Positions 37,578 to 47,678 of a stretch of DNA of 53,342 bases are shown piece after piece. The notes beneath the pieces were generated by a model. The model saw only the letters and a list, made by a program, of their open reading frames with translations. It made no database searches and was not told the origin of the DNA. The translations under genes were made by a program, and so were the position numbers. The stretch is from an uncultured Gammaproteobacteria bacterium (lineage in GTDB: Bacteria > Patescibacteriota > Microgenomatia > UBA8517). The first letter of the stretch is position 1; each line of letters opens with the position of its first letter. Where the stretch lies: contig CAZVJU010000006.1 in the NCBI GenBank assembly GCA_964627195.1, positions 6,200 to 59,541 of the forward strand, given 5' to 3'.

Positions 37578-38378
37578 ATGTCGGCGACACTCGGTGGTTT
37601 AATTAAAGATTTACGTCTTCAGAAAAATATATCTCAGTTGGAGATTGCATTTGCATTAGGATGGAAGGAACCATCCCGTTTATCTCGTATCGAACAGGGA
37701 AAAGTTGGTAATCCTCCCCGTGAACTAATTGATAAATTAATAGATGCGATGCACCTAACAGAGGAAGAAAAGAATCAGCTTTTAGCTGTCGGGAACTACT
37801 TACCGACTAAAGAAGAGATCGATGGGGCTCGCAAAAAAATTAGACAAGTTGTTGATAACTGGCCATATCCAGCTACTTGTATCGATTACACTTGGAGAAT
37901 TATCTATACTAATCGTGAAATGTTCCAGATTCATGAAACAACCAAAAGACAGCAAGAATATATTGGAAAGACCTTACCAAGGGTTATAGAACTAGCTTTT
38001 GATACAAACTTACCGATTAATAAACCTCAAACTCCAGAGGTAGATGAAAAAAGAAAAATATTTCTTTTAAGAACGTTGAAACATTTTCAACATGCTCTAA
38101 AAGATAAAACACACGAAAAATGGTACCGTGATCTAATTCGTCGAATGATGGCTAATAAACTTTTCCGAGATTTATGGATAGAATCTCAGACAACTGTGTT
38201 TGAAAACGACATTATGAATTTCAGCTCGCAGACCTTTGTTAAAGAGGAGTCGAAAAGTATAAAATACCTGAATTTTTATTTCTTTTTAGTGCCTGTATTT
38301 GGTGATCCTCGTTTTATCATCGAATTTTTTGTACCTTCAGACCTGCAGACTTTCGAGTATTTCCAAAAAAGAAAATAA
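37578..38378 (+). CDS. XRE-family HTH regulator with MmyB-like PAS ligand-binding domain
   Basis: LG..IK..R....ISQ..IA...LSRIEQG; YPA...D..W.I...N; F..LW. Confidence 0.8.
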   Translation: MSATLGGLIKDLRLQKNISQLEIAFALGWKEPSRLSRIEQGKVGNPPRELIDKLIDAMHLTEEEKNQLLAVGNYLPTKEEIDGARKKIRQVVDNWPYPATCIDYTWRIIYTNREMFQIHETTKRQQEYIGKTLPRVIELAFDTNLPINKPQTPEVDEKRKIFLLRTLKHFQHALKDKTHEKWYRDLIRRMMANKLFRDLWIESQTTVFENDIMNFSSQTFVKEESKSIKYLNFYFFLVPVFGDPRFIIEFFVPSDLQTFEYFQKRK

Positions 38379-38561
38379 TAGACAACTTTTATACGTAAGT
38401 TCTAGAAACGATTGTACACTTAGAGTAGTATATCCCACTTCCAGTAAAGGTTAGTTCGTGGGGGAGAAAAGTGAAACATACAGAAATAACACTACCTGAG
38501 AGGAAACTAATAATACGGGGGACGGTTTTAAATTTTATCCGATAGTATATAATATGGGGTA

Positions 38562-40475
38562 ATGAAATCGGGATCTGAATTCTTTTACTTATCTTCAAGT
38601 CCAGGAATGATAACGAGGCAGTTGTCTGGTGAAGAGTTTGATAGTACGGCATCTTTGAATCTAGCACAAAATGTTTCTACGGATGCAATATTTCCAACCA
38701 GAGGAGCAACTGCTAACTTTAATAGTCTGGGATTATATGCTCTTAGTAACTTCGAACCAATTAAAGAAGGAGACCTGAATAGCGTAAGACCTAAAGTCTT
38801 GGTTGTTGGAAACGGATTTGGTACTGGCTCGAGTAGAGAACATGCTCCTATTGCTCTAAAACAAGCCGGAATTAGAAAGATTTTATGTATAGGGGGGAGG
38901 GTGGAGAGAATTTTTCTTGAAAATTGCTTAATGTCCGGTATTGAAGTATATGAGTATCCTCGCACTATAGATTTAGCCCAAGGAATTGAAGAGGCTTTTG
39001 AGAACGATAGATTTGAGCAGACATTTCAGGATAGACTAAGACCTGATATTGCTCGTGTTGGAGGAATATCTGCCTATAATAGAATGCGCTTGGAGGGTAA
39101 AGTTGAACCTATGTTAATAAGACATAATGAAGTTGGTGAGAATCACCCGATGACAGCTGCAGAAAAAATCTTAGCGGCCAATATGGTAAATGTTGCGGGA
39201 AATGAGTATGATCAAAAGGTGGTCAGACCTGGAGATACAGGTTTTGTACATTTAGATTATCGCATGAGTTACGAACTTCATTCACCGATTACAGCAACAG
39301 TATTAGAAAACGAGCTTGGTGATTTTGAAGTTAGACAACCGTCTACTGTTCACCTTTTTCAAGATCACTCTGCATTATTTGCAATCGTGGATCCCAGATT
39401 TACAAAGCTTATAAAACTTCAAAAACAGATTGCTGATAAATATGGACTGAGAGTTTACTCCCCAGATTTTTCTGACGAATTAACTGAGGGGATATGTCAT
39501 ACCTTGTCCATAGAAAAATCCCTTATTGGCCCAGGTGAAGTTGGAATTGGCACAGATTCTCATATGTGTAGTTTGGGGGTTTTGAATGCGCTTTCATGGG
39601 GAATTGGTGCTACCCATTTTGCAAATACCCTTGTTACGAATGAAGCTTTAGTGGAAGTGCCACAGTCTGTAAAAATAACGTTAAATGGGAATTTACATGA
39701 AGGTACTACCCCTAAAGATTTAATGCTTTACATTCTTTCTCAAGAGTTTGTAAAAGATGGTTCATCAACAAACACTGTGTTTGAGTATGACGGTGAGGGT
39801 TTGGATACAATGACTCTCGGTGAACAAATGGTTCTTACTAATATGTCTGTAGAGGGACGTGCAATGACGGGAATAGTCACCCGACTAACCTCAGCATTAA
39901 AGGAACATTTAAAATTAACACGCGAGACGAGTGATCAAGAAATAGAGGAAAGCTTTGTTACTTCGGATGAAGGGGCCCAATATTATAAAACTTTACAAGT
40001 AAATTTAAGTGATATAGAACCGATGGTGGCTCTTCCTGGAGATCCCAGGAATGGAATTCCGTTATCTCAATTACAACCACAACCTGTAGCTAATGTCTAT
40101 ATAGGGTCATGCACGGGTGGAAATTTAGAAGATCTGGAGGCAGTTGCAAGAGTTTTGGTGGATAATAAAATTGCCACTGGAGTCCGGATGCATGTTCAAG
40201 CCGCGTCTGCAAAAATTCTACAAGAAGCAAGAGAGTTAGGTTATTTAGAAATATTTAGAGAAGCTGGCGCAGAAGTCGTTGGACTAGGTTGCGGAGCTTG
40301 TATTGGATTAGGGCCTGGAAGAGTTGAAAGCGAAGATGAAAACAGTATAACCGTATCTGCTACGAATAGAAACTTTCCTGGCAGAATGGGTGGAAAAGGA
40401 CCTGTATATTTGACCTCTCCAGTAACAGCAGCAAAATCAGCATTAGAAGGTTATATTGGGAACAAAACCCTCTAA
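38562..40475 (+). CDS. Fused LeuD-LeuC type (isopropylmalate/homoaconitase-like) dehydratase
   Basis: N-terminal swivel domain (NVSTD.I.P, GFGTGSSREHA); C-terminal DH, GICH, GTDSH, GSCTGG, GCGACIG, NRNFPGRMG. Confidence 0.9.
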   Translation: MKSGSEFFYLSSSPGMITRQLSGEEFDSTASLNLAQNVSTDAIFPTRGATANFNSLGLYALSNFEPIKEGDLNSVRPKVLVVGNGFGTGSSREHAPIALKQAGIRKILCIGGRVERIFLENCLMSGIEVYEYPRTIDLAQGIEEAFENDRFEQTFQDRLRPDIARVGGISAYNRMRLEGKVEPMLIRHNEVGENHPMTAAEKILAANMVNVAGNEYDQKVVRPGDTGFVHLDYRMSYELHSPITATVLENELGDFEVRQPSTVHLFQDHSALFAIVDPRFTKLIKLQKQIADKYGLRVYSPDFSDELTEGICHTLSIEKSLIGPGEVGIGTDSHMCSLGVLNALSWGIGATHFANTLVTNEALVEVPQSVKITLNGNLHEGTTPKDLMLYILSQEFVKDGSSTNTVFEYDGEGLDTMTLGEQMVLTNMSVEGRAMTGIVTRLTSALKEHLKLTRETSDQEIEESFVTSDEGAQYYKTLQVNLSDIEPMVALPGDPRNGIPLSQLQPQPVANVYIGSCTGGNLEDLEAVARVLVDNKIATGVRMHVQAASAKILQEARELGYLEIFREAGAEVVGLGCGACIGLGPGRVESEDENSITVSATNRNFPGRMGGKGPVYLTSPVTAAKSALEGYIGNKTL

Positions 40476-40532
40476 ATTCTATTTTAATTTATTAAATTAA
40501 AAGGCGAAATTAAAACTCTAAACTCAACTTAT

Positions 40533-40823
40533 TTAGTCTTTGTGCCAAGGTAGTCTGGCGTTCGGTTTGCTGAAAAGTTGTGCATCAGCCATTGATATTA
40601 AAAAACCTCCAGCAAGGAAAACCCACATGGCAACTCCCGTCAATGGTCTTACTAACAGAAGTGAAGCCATGATAATATTTATGAATGCCCAAAAAAGATT
40701 AAGGTAGGCCGATGAAACTCTTTTAAATGGGGTCATGTGGGTCTGACCGGTTATTCCTTTAAACAGATGCGGTAAGCTATTAAATAAAAATAGCCCTGCG
40801 AAGAAGGATTTAAGTAGTAACAT
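40533..40823 (-). CDS. Small membrane protein
   Basis: FN..PH...GI.G....TPF...SS...N..W; SD upstream. Confidence 0.7.
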   Translation of the reverse strand: MLLLKSFFAGLFLFNSLPHLFKGITGQTHMTPFKRVSSAYLNLFWAFINIIMASLLLVRPLTGVAMWVFLAGGFLISMADAQLFSKPNARLPWHKD

Positions 40824-40914
40824 AATCTCACCCCCTTTTGTTTAATATTACATCTATCACGTTAGAAATGTAAAATATAACGATCTAGTCTATAATATTG
40901 CCAATATATTAGTT

Positions 40915-41685
40915 ATGAGTATTAATACAGAGAATCTTAAAGGTGCTAGTTTACCTGGCGTTTTTGCGGAAGGGTGGGAATTTAAGGAGTTACTTCCTGA
41001 ACTAAATGAAGCCCTAATCAATAGGGGAGTGTTGGCGTTGAGGATAGCTGGACAACCCCCATATGGTTATGTATTCCGCGTGGACGATGTGGAACTTGTA
41101 AGAAGAGTATGGAGAGCTAAGGGTAGGTTAAAAGGAGAATCTGAAATAGATTTGTCTAAGAAGCCAGTTACTTCTTTAAGCCAAGACCACCTTGAGAGAT
41201 TTATAGATTGGGAAAAGCTTTGTCAATTTGGTTTTAAGAAAGAAATTGTTATGCAACTACTTGATCTTCACGTTCATACAGTTCTGTCAGTGAATGAAAA
41301 TATACCTGCCCATCTCACTTTGCCCACCAATTATGGTCCAACTGTTTCTACAATGAGGTTTCCAGAAGGGGATCTTATGCGGATGTTAGTAGATTCAGTT
41401 GCTGAAGTAGATTCAACAGTTATCGTAGGGGGAACCTCGCTAAATCCAACTGGCTATGAGCCGTTTGTTGATACTGAGGATCTCGTAAAAAAGATGTCAG
41501 TTTTAGACACAGTTGATTTATTTGTTCTTAGTAAAGATCCCAGAAAATCCAATATGAATTTGGGTGCATTCCATCCAATGATTGCTTTGCAGAGTCAAGG
41601 AATAAAAGTACTTAGACAAGGTATAGACTTTGAAGAGATAGTACATCAAATAGAAAAGATGGAGTTGCGAATGATAGAGAGCTAA
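40915..41685 (+). CDS. Divergent YrdC/Sua5 (TsaC)-like domain protein
   Basis: YG....D....V.RV..AKGR, KP, R.P, TS.N.TG motifs in YrdC order. Confidence 0.65.
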   Translation: MSINTENLKGASLPGVFAEGWEFKELLPELNEALINRGVLALRIAGQPPYGYVFRVDDVELVRRVWRAKGRLKGESEIDLSKKPVTSLSQDHLERFIDWEKLCQFGFKKEIVMQLLDLHVHTVLSVNENIPAHLTLPTNYGPTVSTMRFPEGDLMRMLVDSVAEVDSTVIVGGTSLNPTGYEPFVDTEDLVKKMSVLDTVDLFVLSKDPRKSNMNLGAFHPMIALQSQGIKVLRQGIDFEEIVHQIEKMELRMIES

Positions 41686-41687
41686 AC

Positions 41688-42902
41688 ATGAGGAGAAGAA
41701 CTATAATAGTGCGAGATGAGACTTTGCGGGATGGATCCCAACAAGTAGGGATAGACCTTTCAAATAAAGATAGATTAGAACTTTCTTACTTAATCGCTCA
41801 AGTGCTAAATTCCCCTCAATCTGTGCCAAATAATCAGATAGATTTGGGAATGCCCGAGGTAAGTAAGAGTCTTTTTACTTCAGTAAGAGAAATATCTGAG
41901 GCGCTTTCTGCTCTTAAAGGGATAGATTTTTTTGTAACAGGAAGGTCAACGAAGGCATCAATAGATATTATGTGTGATGCCTTAAGTAAGGTATCGGCCG
42001 GGCGTAAGGTAGTTGCGCCATTCATAGGGATTTCAAAGCTTCACAGAAGAAAACTCGGTATGAGCGAAAAGGATGTTCTAAAAAGAATTATCGATGTAGT
42101 AAGTTACTCTAAAAAATATATTAAAAGGATTCATTTTCCTTTGGAGGGAGGTTATTATGCTTATTTAAAAGAGAGAGATTTCGTCTACAAGATATTTTCG
42201 GTTTTAAGTGATCTTGGGGTGGAGGCTGTACCCTTTTGTGATACCACTGGCGTTGCATTACCCTTTATTAAAAAAGGATATATATCTTACGGTCAGGCAG
42301 TCAGAGATTTAAGAAAAAGATTCCCTAGAATCTCTATTTCAATACATTGCCACGATGATTTGAGTTTGGCGATAGCAAACTCTATTGATGGTTTACTAAA
42401 TGGAGCTGCTATAGCGGATGGTACTTTTTTTGGAATTGGCGAGAGAGCAGGTAATACTTCCTTGCAGACACTTTTAACAGTTTTAGAAATAAAAGGCAAT
42501 CAATTGGGTTTAAAGGTTAATGCAAACCTAGATAACCTATATCGGATTTCTCGCCACATAGGCAGGAAGTTGGGTATCAGGGTTGCGGATAATACCCCGA
42601 TTATTGGGAAAAATGTATTTTCTCATGCATCGGGGATTCACCAGGACGGCATATTGAAAGATAAAAGAATTTATCGTCCCTATATTGCCAAAAGGGTGGG
42701 GGTGCCGGGGTATAAGATCGTCTTAGGTAAACTTTCTGGTAGAAAAGGGATAGATTATATACTAAAAAATAAATACAAAATTAAACTATCAGATTACCAG
42801 CTTTTAAAAGTAGCAAGAGAATTTAAAGAGCTTTCTAAGCTTGGCAAAAGTCCTGAAAAACGACTTCTTAAAATTGTTTATAGAGTTTTGAAATTGAAGT
42901 AG
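41688..42902 (+). CDS. LeuA/homocitrate synthase family (DRE-TIM) enzyme lacking the regulatory domain
   Basis: DETLRDGSQ, CDTTG, HCHDD, GIGERAGN, HASGIHQDG, LGKLSG. Confidence 0.9.
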   Translation: MRRRTIIVRDETLRDGSQQVGIDLSNKDRLELSYLIAQVLNSPQSVPNNQIDLGMPEVSKSLFTSVREISEALSALKGIDFFVTGRSTKASIDIMCDALSKVSAGRKVVAPFIGISKLHRRKLGMSEKDVLKRIIDVVSYSKKYIKRIHFPLEGGYYAYLKERDFVYKIFSVLSDLGVEAVPFCDTTGVALPFIKKGYISYGQAVRDLRKRFPRISISIHCHDDLSLAIANSIDGLLNGAAIADGTFFGIGERAGNTSLQTLLTVLEIKGNQLGLKVNANLDNLYRISRHIGRKLGIRVADNTPIIGKNVFSHASGIHQDGILKDKRIYRPYIAKRVGVPGYKIVLGKLSGRKGIDYILKNKYKIKLSDYQLLKVAREFKELSKLGKSPEKRLLKIVYRVLKLK

Positions 42903-42904
42903 AC

Positions 42905-44053
42905 ATGGATTTTGTACCATCGGAATCTTATTTTAGAATGACTCAAACCCCTGGAGGATTCACAGATATGCAGCGTGTTATGGATATAATCTTAGCAATT
43001 AAGAGGAAAGGCGGTAATTTTATTGATTGTGGTTTGGGTGAATCCTCTCATGGTCTTTTAGAGAATTGTGTAAAAGAGGGAATAAAGGCTCTAAAGAAGG
43101 ATGAATGTGATTATATAAAACCGACTCAGGGTATGGATGAGTTGAGGATTGCTATATCAAAATACATTTCAAAGGATTTAAACATTAAGGTTGATGAGGG
43201 AAATGTGATAGTTACCCCTGGGTCTGAATTAGCATTAGATTTGGTATTAAAAACAATATTAAATCCTGGCGACGAAGTAATTATATTCGATCCATTTTTT
43301 ATCCCTTTTGCGTCATTGTCATCCTCCTATTTTGCCAAGCCGGTATTTGTGACTACTTACAATTCTGATTTCCTTCCTGATATTAAGAAGTTGGAAAAAG
43401 TCATTAATAAAAGAACCAAATTAATAATAATCAATTCTCCTAACAACCCCACCGGTAGAATTATACCTCGGGAATTAATTCAAAAGATTGTTAAACTTGC
43501 TAAAAAAAGAAAGATTTTATTATTATCAGATGAAGCTTACAGATTTTTTGATTATGAGAAAAAGTTTGTAAGCCCTTTCACTTACTATCCAGAAGGTACA
43601 ATAGTACTCCGTACATTTTCTAAAGAATATTGTATGATGGGTTTCAAGATTGGTTACATAGTTGCTGATAAAAAAATTGTAAATTACGTAACAAAAATAC
43701 AATATCCAGGTTGGGGGGCGCCACAGATATCAAGCATTATGGCCTTGGCCGGTCTAAGAACTGGGATTCCTGGTCATACTTTAGAAAGATATAAGTCAAT
43801 TAGGGATTCTTTATATAATAACCTTAAAGATTTGGGATTGATATCATATCTCCCTGAGGGGGCATTTTATTTTTATATTAAAAGTCCAGTGGGAAAAGCT
43901 ATCGATTTTGCTATAGCATTGGCTAAAAAAGGATTATTTGTTATCCCAGCTTTTTCTTTGCAAAGTTCTCATGTAAGATTATCGTATGGAAAGTTAGGAT
44001 TAAATCATATTCCAGAAATTGTTAATATACTAAAGAAATTTTCAAATGTCTAA
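42905..44053 (+). CDS. Class I/II PLP-dependent aminotransferase
   Basis: NSPNNPTG, SDEAY, TFSK...M.G.KIGY, PEGAFY. Confidence 0.9.
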   Translation: MDFVPSESYFRMTQTPGGFTDMQRVMDIILAIKRKGGNFIDCGLGESSHGLLENCVKEGIKALKKDECDYIKPTQGMDELRIAISKYISKDLNIKVDEGNVIVTPGSELALDLVLKTILNPGDEVIIFDPFFIPFASLSSSYFAKPVFVTTYNSDFLPDIKKLEKVINKRTKLIIINSPNNPTGRIIPRELIQKIVKLAKKRKILLLSDEAYRFFDYEKKFVSPFTYYPEGTIVLRTFSKEYCMMGFKIGYIVADKKIVNYVTKIQYPGWGAPQISSIMALAGLRTGIPGHTLERYKSIRDSLYNNLKDLGLISYLPEGAFYFYIKSPVGKAIDFAIALAKKGLFVIPAFSLQSSHVRLSYGKLGLNHIPEIVNILKKFSNV

Positions 44054-45401
44054 AATATTTTCTGCAGAACTAAAGAAATTTGAATCTCCTACGACTCTAG
44101 AGCAAGCAGTGTCAGGTCTTTGGCGAATAGACGAGATTATATTAAGTACAACAGATATAAAAACGCTTTCTGAAAAAATAGCAAACGTGATGCTTGAAGA
44201 GTTGGATTATCTTAAGTTTGGTTACATTATAATAGTATTGTCTTTATTAGATAGAAGTAAAAAAAAGCTGAAAAGAGTTTCAATCTCGAAGACTGAATTT
44301 GCAGAGAAAGCTTTAATAAATTCTCCACTTCCCTTTGAAAAGATTACTTTTGATATGAATGATAAAGAGAATCTTCCAGTAAAAGCATTATTGGAGAATG
44401 TTCCTTATGTTACAGATGATTTATCAGATATGCTTTATCCAGCTATAGAGAGAGATCTTGTGCGTAATGTTCAAAAAAAATTGGGAGTTCTTACCAGTGT
44501 TACATTTCCCATTTACTCCAAATCCTCTCCGCTGGGAACTTTGATTTTTAGTATGAATAAGAAAGAAGAATTAATTACAGACTTTGAAAAACAGATATTG
44601 ATAGGGTTTACGAATGCTGCAGGTATTGCCATCGAGCACGCAGTTCTATTTAAAAAACTGAACGAGGCTAATGATAAACTGAAATCTTTAGATAAGCAAA
44701 AGGATGAATTTTTGTCGATGGCGGCGCATGAGCTGCGGGCGCCGATGACCGCCATAAAGGGCTATGTTTCGATGGTTTTGGAGGGGGATACCGGAGACAT
44801 TCCGGAAAAAACCCGGGGATTTTTGGCAGATACGAGTAATATAACCGACAGATTAATCCGTCTTGTAAATAACATGCTTAACGTTTCCCGAATAGAGGAA
44901 GGACGAATGGTTTATCAGATGGAAGAGGAAAATTTATCAAGTGTAGTCAGGACTATTTTCAATCAGTTTACCCCTGAGGTGGAGAGAAAAGGTCTAAAGT
45001 ATGACCTCGAGATTCCAAACGAAATCAAAGATAAAGTGATGGTTGATCCTGACAGAATCCAAGAGGTTGTCGGTAATTTGCTATCCAATGCCGCAAAATA
45101 TACGGACACTGGTTTTGTGAAGGTTAAACTTTCCCAACCGGAGAAAGAAACAGTTAGAGTTGAGGTTATAGATTCCGGTCCCGGGATTTCGGAAGTTGAA
45201 CAGAAAAAACTATTTCAGAAGTTCCATCGAGTCGAATCGAATGTCGGCAAAACTACCGGAACTGGCTTGGGACTTTATATCTGTAAACTTCTTGTTGAGA
45301 AATTCAACGGCAAAATCGGCATAAACTCCGTTGTGGGTAAGGGAAGCATATTTTGGTTTGAGCTACCTCTTGTAACTGATGCTTCTTCCAATTCTAATTA
45401 A
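44046..45401 (+). CDS. Cytoplasmic GAF-domain sensor histidine kinase
   Basis: GAF then HELRAP, NLLSNA.KY, D.GPGI, GTGLGL, G.GS.F boxes. Confidence 0.92.
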   Translation: MSKIFSAELKKFESPTTLEQAVSGLWRIDEIILSTTDIKTLSEKIANVMLEELDYLKFGYIIIVLSLLDRSKKKLKRVSISKTEFAEKALINSPLPFEKITFDMNDKENLPVKALLENVPYVTDDLSDMLYPAIERDLVRNVQKKLGVLTSVTFPIYSKSSPLGTLIFSMNKKEELITDFEKQILIGFTNAAGIAIEHAVLFKKLNEANDKLKSLDKQKDEFLSMAAHELRAPMTAIKGYVSMVLEGDTGDIPEKTRGFLADTSNITDRLIRLVNNMLNVSRIEEGRMVYQMEEENLSSVVRTIFNQFTPEVERKGLKYDLEIPNEIKDKVMVDPDRIQEVVGNLLSNAAKYTDTGFVKVKLSQPEKETVRVEVIDSGPGISEVEQKKLFQKFHRVESNVGKTTGTGLGLYICKLLVEKFNGKIGINSVVGKGSIFWFELPLVTDASSNSN

Positions 45402-46390
45402 TAGTTGGTATAAATCGGTTTATCGAAGGATCCTTGAATAAGTGGTTTAGTTTTCGGAGTTACATCACAAATGACTAAAGAGCTGGCGCTGCCGATGCTT
45501 TCTGCCCCGGAATATCTATTAAATTTATCAAAAATCCATCTTACAAAGAGACCCGATTTTGTCAAAACTTCGTAGATCGGCAAAAAACGCTCTTTTGCCC
45601 TGTCGCTTCCTCCGTAACAAAGATACAGTCTTGCTCCTAGGTTTCTATGGTCCAAGAGTTCGATCGCTCGGGATATAAAAAGCTCTGCCCCTTCTAGGGT
45701 GTACGGCGGGTCGGTAAAGACAACATCAAATTTGCCAATCAAACCTGCCGGCAGACTTTTTCTCGCATCGTATTCTAGTACTTTTAGTCTAAATTTATTT
45801 TTCTGTGACAGATTTGAAATTTCTCGTAAAATACTTGTATCTATATCAAGAACAGTGATATTTTCAGCACTTCCCAGAGAAGCGGTAGCTATGGAAGTAA
45901 AATCATCATCACCTAAAAAGAGAAGTCTTTTCCCCTTAACGTCGCCAAAAAAGTCTAAAAGCGAAGCGCGTCTAGCCGTAGTTTCGGCAGTTGCGGAAAA
46001 TTGGTCATACCGCCTTTTCGGGTGAGGTCTTTTTAGTAAAGTGTTTTCTAAGAATGCGAGGACCTTTTTATAATTAGCATTTTCTATAGCTCCAAGGAGC
46101 TTCTCTTCAACCATATATTCTTTATTATATAGGCTTTTAACATCAGGGATTTTTTTAGCCATTAGTGCAGTTTCTTTGCTGGAGGGTTTCAGATAACCGG
46201 ACAGTTCTTTTTTAACCTGGTTTAAGGCGTTTTTGGAAACTCCGACCATTTGTAGTAGTTTAGCATTTTCGACGGGTTTGCTGCTTGTAAGGTAATAAAA
46301 AACATCCAGTATTTTTTTGATGGGCACACCTGACTTCTTTGAAACCTCCAAGATGTCCGAATAGATTGTTAAATTAGGGGGACTAATCAT
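45398..46390 (-). CDS. Branched-chain polyamine synthase (BpsA/DUF43)-like SAM-fold transferase
   Basis: YDQ...T.ET..RR, GD..GK..LFLGDDD.TS, FD...TDPPYT. Confidence 0.8.
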   Translation of the reverse strand: MISPPNLTIYSDILEVSKKSGVPIKKILDVFYYLTSSKPVENAKLLQMVGVSKNALNQVKKELSGYLKPSSKETALMAKKIPDVKSLYNKEYMVEEKLLGAIENANYKKVLAFLENTLLKRPHPKRRYDQFSATAETTARRASLLDFFGDVKGKRLLFLGDDDFTSIATASLGSAENITVLDIDTSILREISNLSQKNKFRLKVLEYDARKSLPAGLIGKFDVVFTDPPYTLEGAELFISRAIELLDHRNLGARLYLCYGGSDRAKERFLPIYEVLTKSGLFVRWIFDKFNRYSGAESIGSASSLVICDVTPKTKPLIQGSFDKPIYTNY

Positions 46391-46397
46391 GAAGTCT

Positions 46398-47018
46398 CTA
46401 ACCTCTTGATCTTGTAATCACAAAAACTAGACCAATCAGAGCTACAAGCGCGACCAAAGCCGCTATCCCTGCTCTTCTTAACGCTAGCGAAAACTTCTCT
46501 CTCGTCGTAAGCGACTCCAGCGGTTTTTCCTCCGGAGCTTGAGAAATCTGTTCTTCTCCGGAGGTGGGCGCCGGAGTGAGACTTGTTTCTTCCTCTGCTT
46601 CTTCCAGAAACTCTATCGGAGTGATGTTGCCCCGCATAACAACTCTGCCCTGGGGAGTTTTTGTATCCTTCGATTTTTCAGTTGTTATAAAAAGCTGGGA
46701 AAAAGGAGTCCTGGTTTTGAATTCTCCTCTCCCCAGTCCGATTAGCCCGAGTTTAAGTGCTGCTTTGCCGCCGATCGGCGTTGCCCACATTACATAGTTA
46801 AAGAGATTTTCATCAGCGGGATATATCAGATTTAAACAATTAAAAAGAATCCTGTATTCCCCGTTTTGCATAATATAAGAAGACGCATGACAGCGGAAAG
46901 ATTCGTTATTAGTAGGTCGCATTTCCACAAAGCCTACTGAGGCATGTAGCGTTTCTTTGGGAAATAAGAAAAAAATACCTGCAGCAAGGACAATTGCCGA
47001 TATATACATCTTTGCCAT
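46398..47018 (-). CDS. Hypothetical protein with signal peptide and C-terminal TM anchor
   Basis: Hydrophobic termini. Confidence 0.65.
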   Translation of the reverse strand: MAKMYISAIVLAAGIFFLFPKETLHASVGFVEMRPTNNESFRCHASSYIMQNGEYRILFNCLNLIYPADENLFNYVMWATPIGGKAALKLGLIGLGRGEFKTRTPFSQLFITTEKSKDTKTPQGRVVMRGNITPIEFLEEAEEETSLTPAPTSGEEQISQAPEEKPLESLTTREKFSLALRRAGIAALVALVALIGLVFVITRSRG

Positions 47019-47261
47019 GTTATACTACAGAAACCACATTTTATTCCAATTTCAAAATGCGATTTCTTTATTTAATCAATTGTATAGTAAACAAATCATA
47101 TTTGTAAATTGGAATAAGATTCTGATTTGTTTGGCATACATCACTTGATTACTAGTCCAATTTTGGTATGTGATGTCTGTAGATTCTGGTTATTTAACAA
47201 GTGTTTAGCTAATTTCCATTTGAAAATATAGTGGATAAACCTTAGAATTAAGATTATATAA

Positions 47262-47678
47262 ATGACAGACCAACCCTTACCCACCGCTAGTGAGATGGAT
47301 ACTAAACCCCAGAAGATTATCCTTATCGTCGAGGATGACCCGGTTCTTCTCAAAATGTACACAGAGAAATTTAATTTTGAGGGTTTTACTGTTTTGAACG
47401 CGAAAGATGGGGTAGAAGCATTAAAAGTAGCACTTTCAGAAAAAATTGACATAATTTTACTTGATATCATGCTGCCCAAAATGTCCGGGACGGATTTCCT
47501 GGAAGCATTTAGACGAGACCCGAAAGGCAAAAACGTGCCTGTAGTTGCCTTAACAAATCTTGCCGAGGAAGAAGAAAAGCAAAGAACCATTAAACTCGGC
47601 GTTTCGGACTACCTGGTAAAAGCTATGCAGACGCCTGAACAGGTTGTTGAGACAATCAAGCAGTATATCAGGCCTTAG
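47262..47678 (+). CDS. Single-domain response regulator
   Basis: VEDD, LLDIMLP, LTN, VK receiver motifs. Confidence 0.92.
   Translation: MTDQPLPTASEMDTKPQKIILIVEDDPVLLKMYTEKFNFEGFTVLNAKDGVEALKVALSEKIDIILLDIMLPKMSGTDFLEAFRRDPKGKNVPVVALTNLAEEEEKQRTIKLGVSDYLVKAMQTPEQVVETIKQYIRP

Noticed and set aside
38431-38445. CCCACTTCC match to repeat B
   Set aside because: Only 9 bp and far from the array, so likely chance.
38562-42902. Calling these genes leuA, leuC and leuD of leucine biosynthesis
   Set aside because: leuB is absent from the window, the sequences are divergent and fused, and substrate cannot be assigned by eye.
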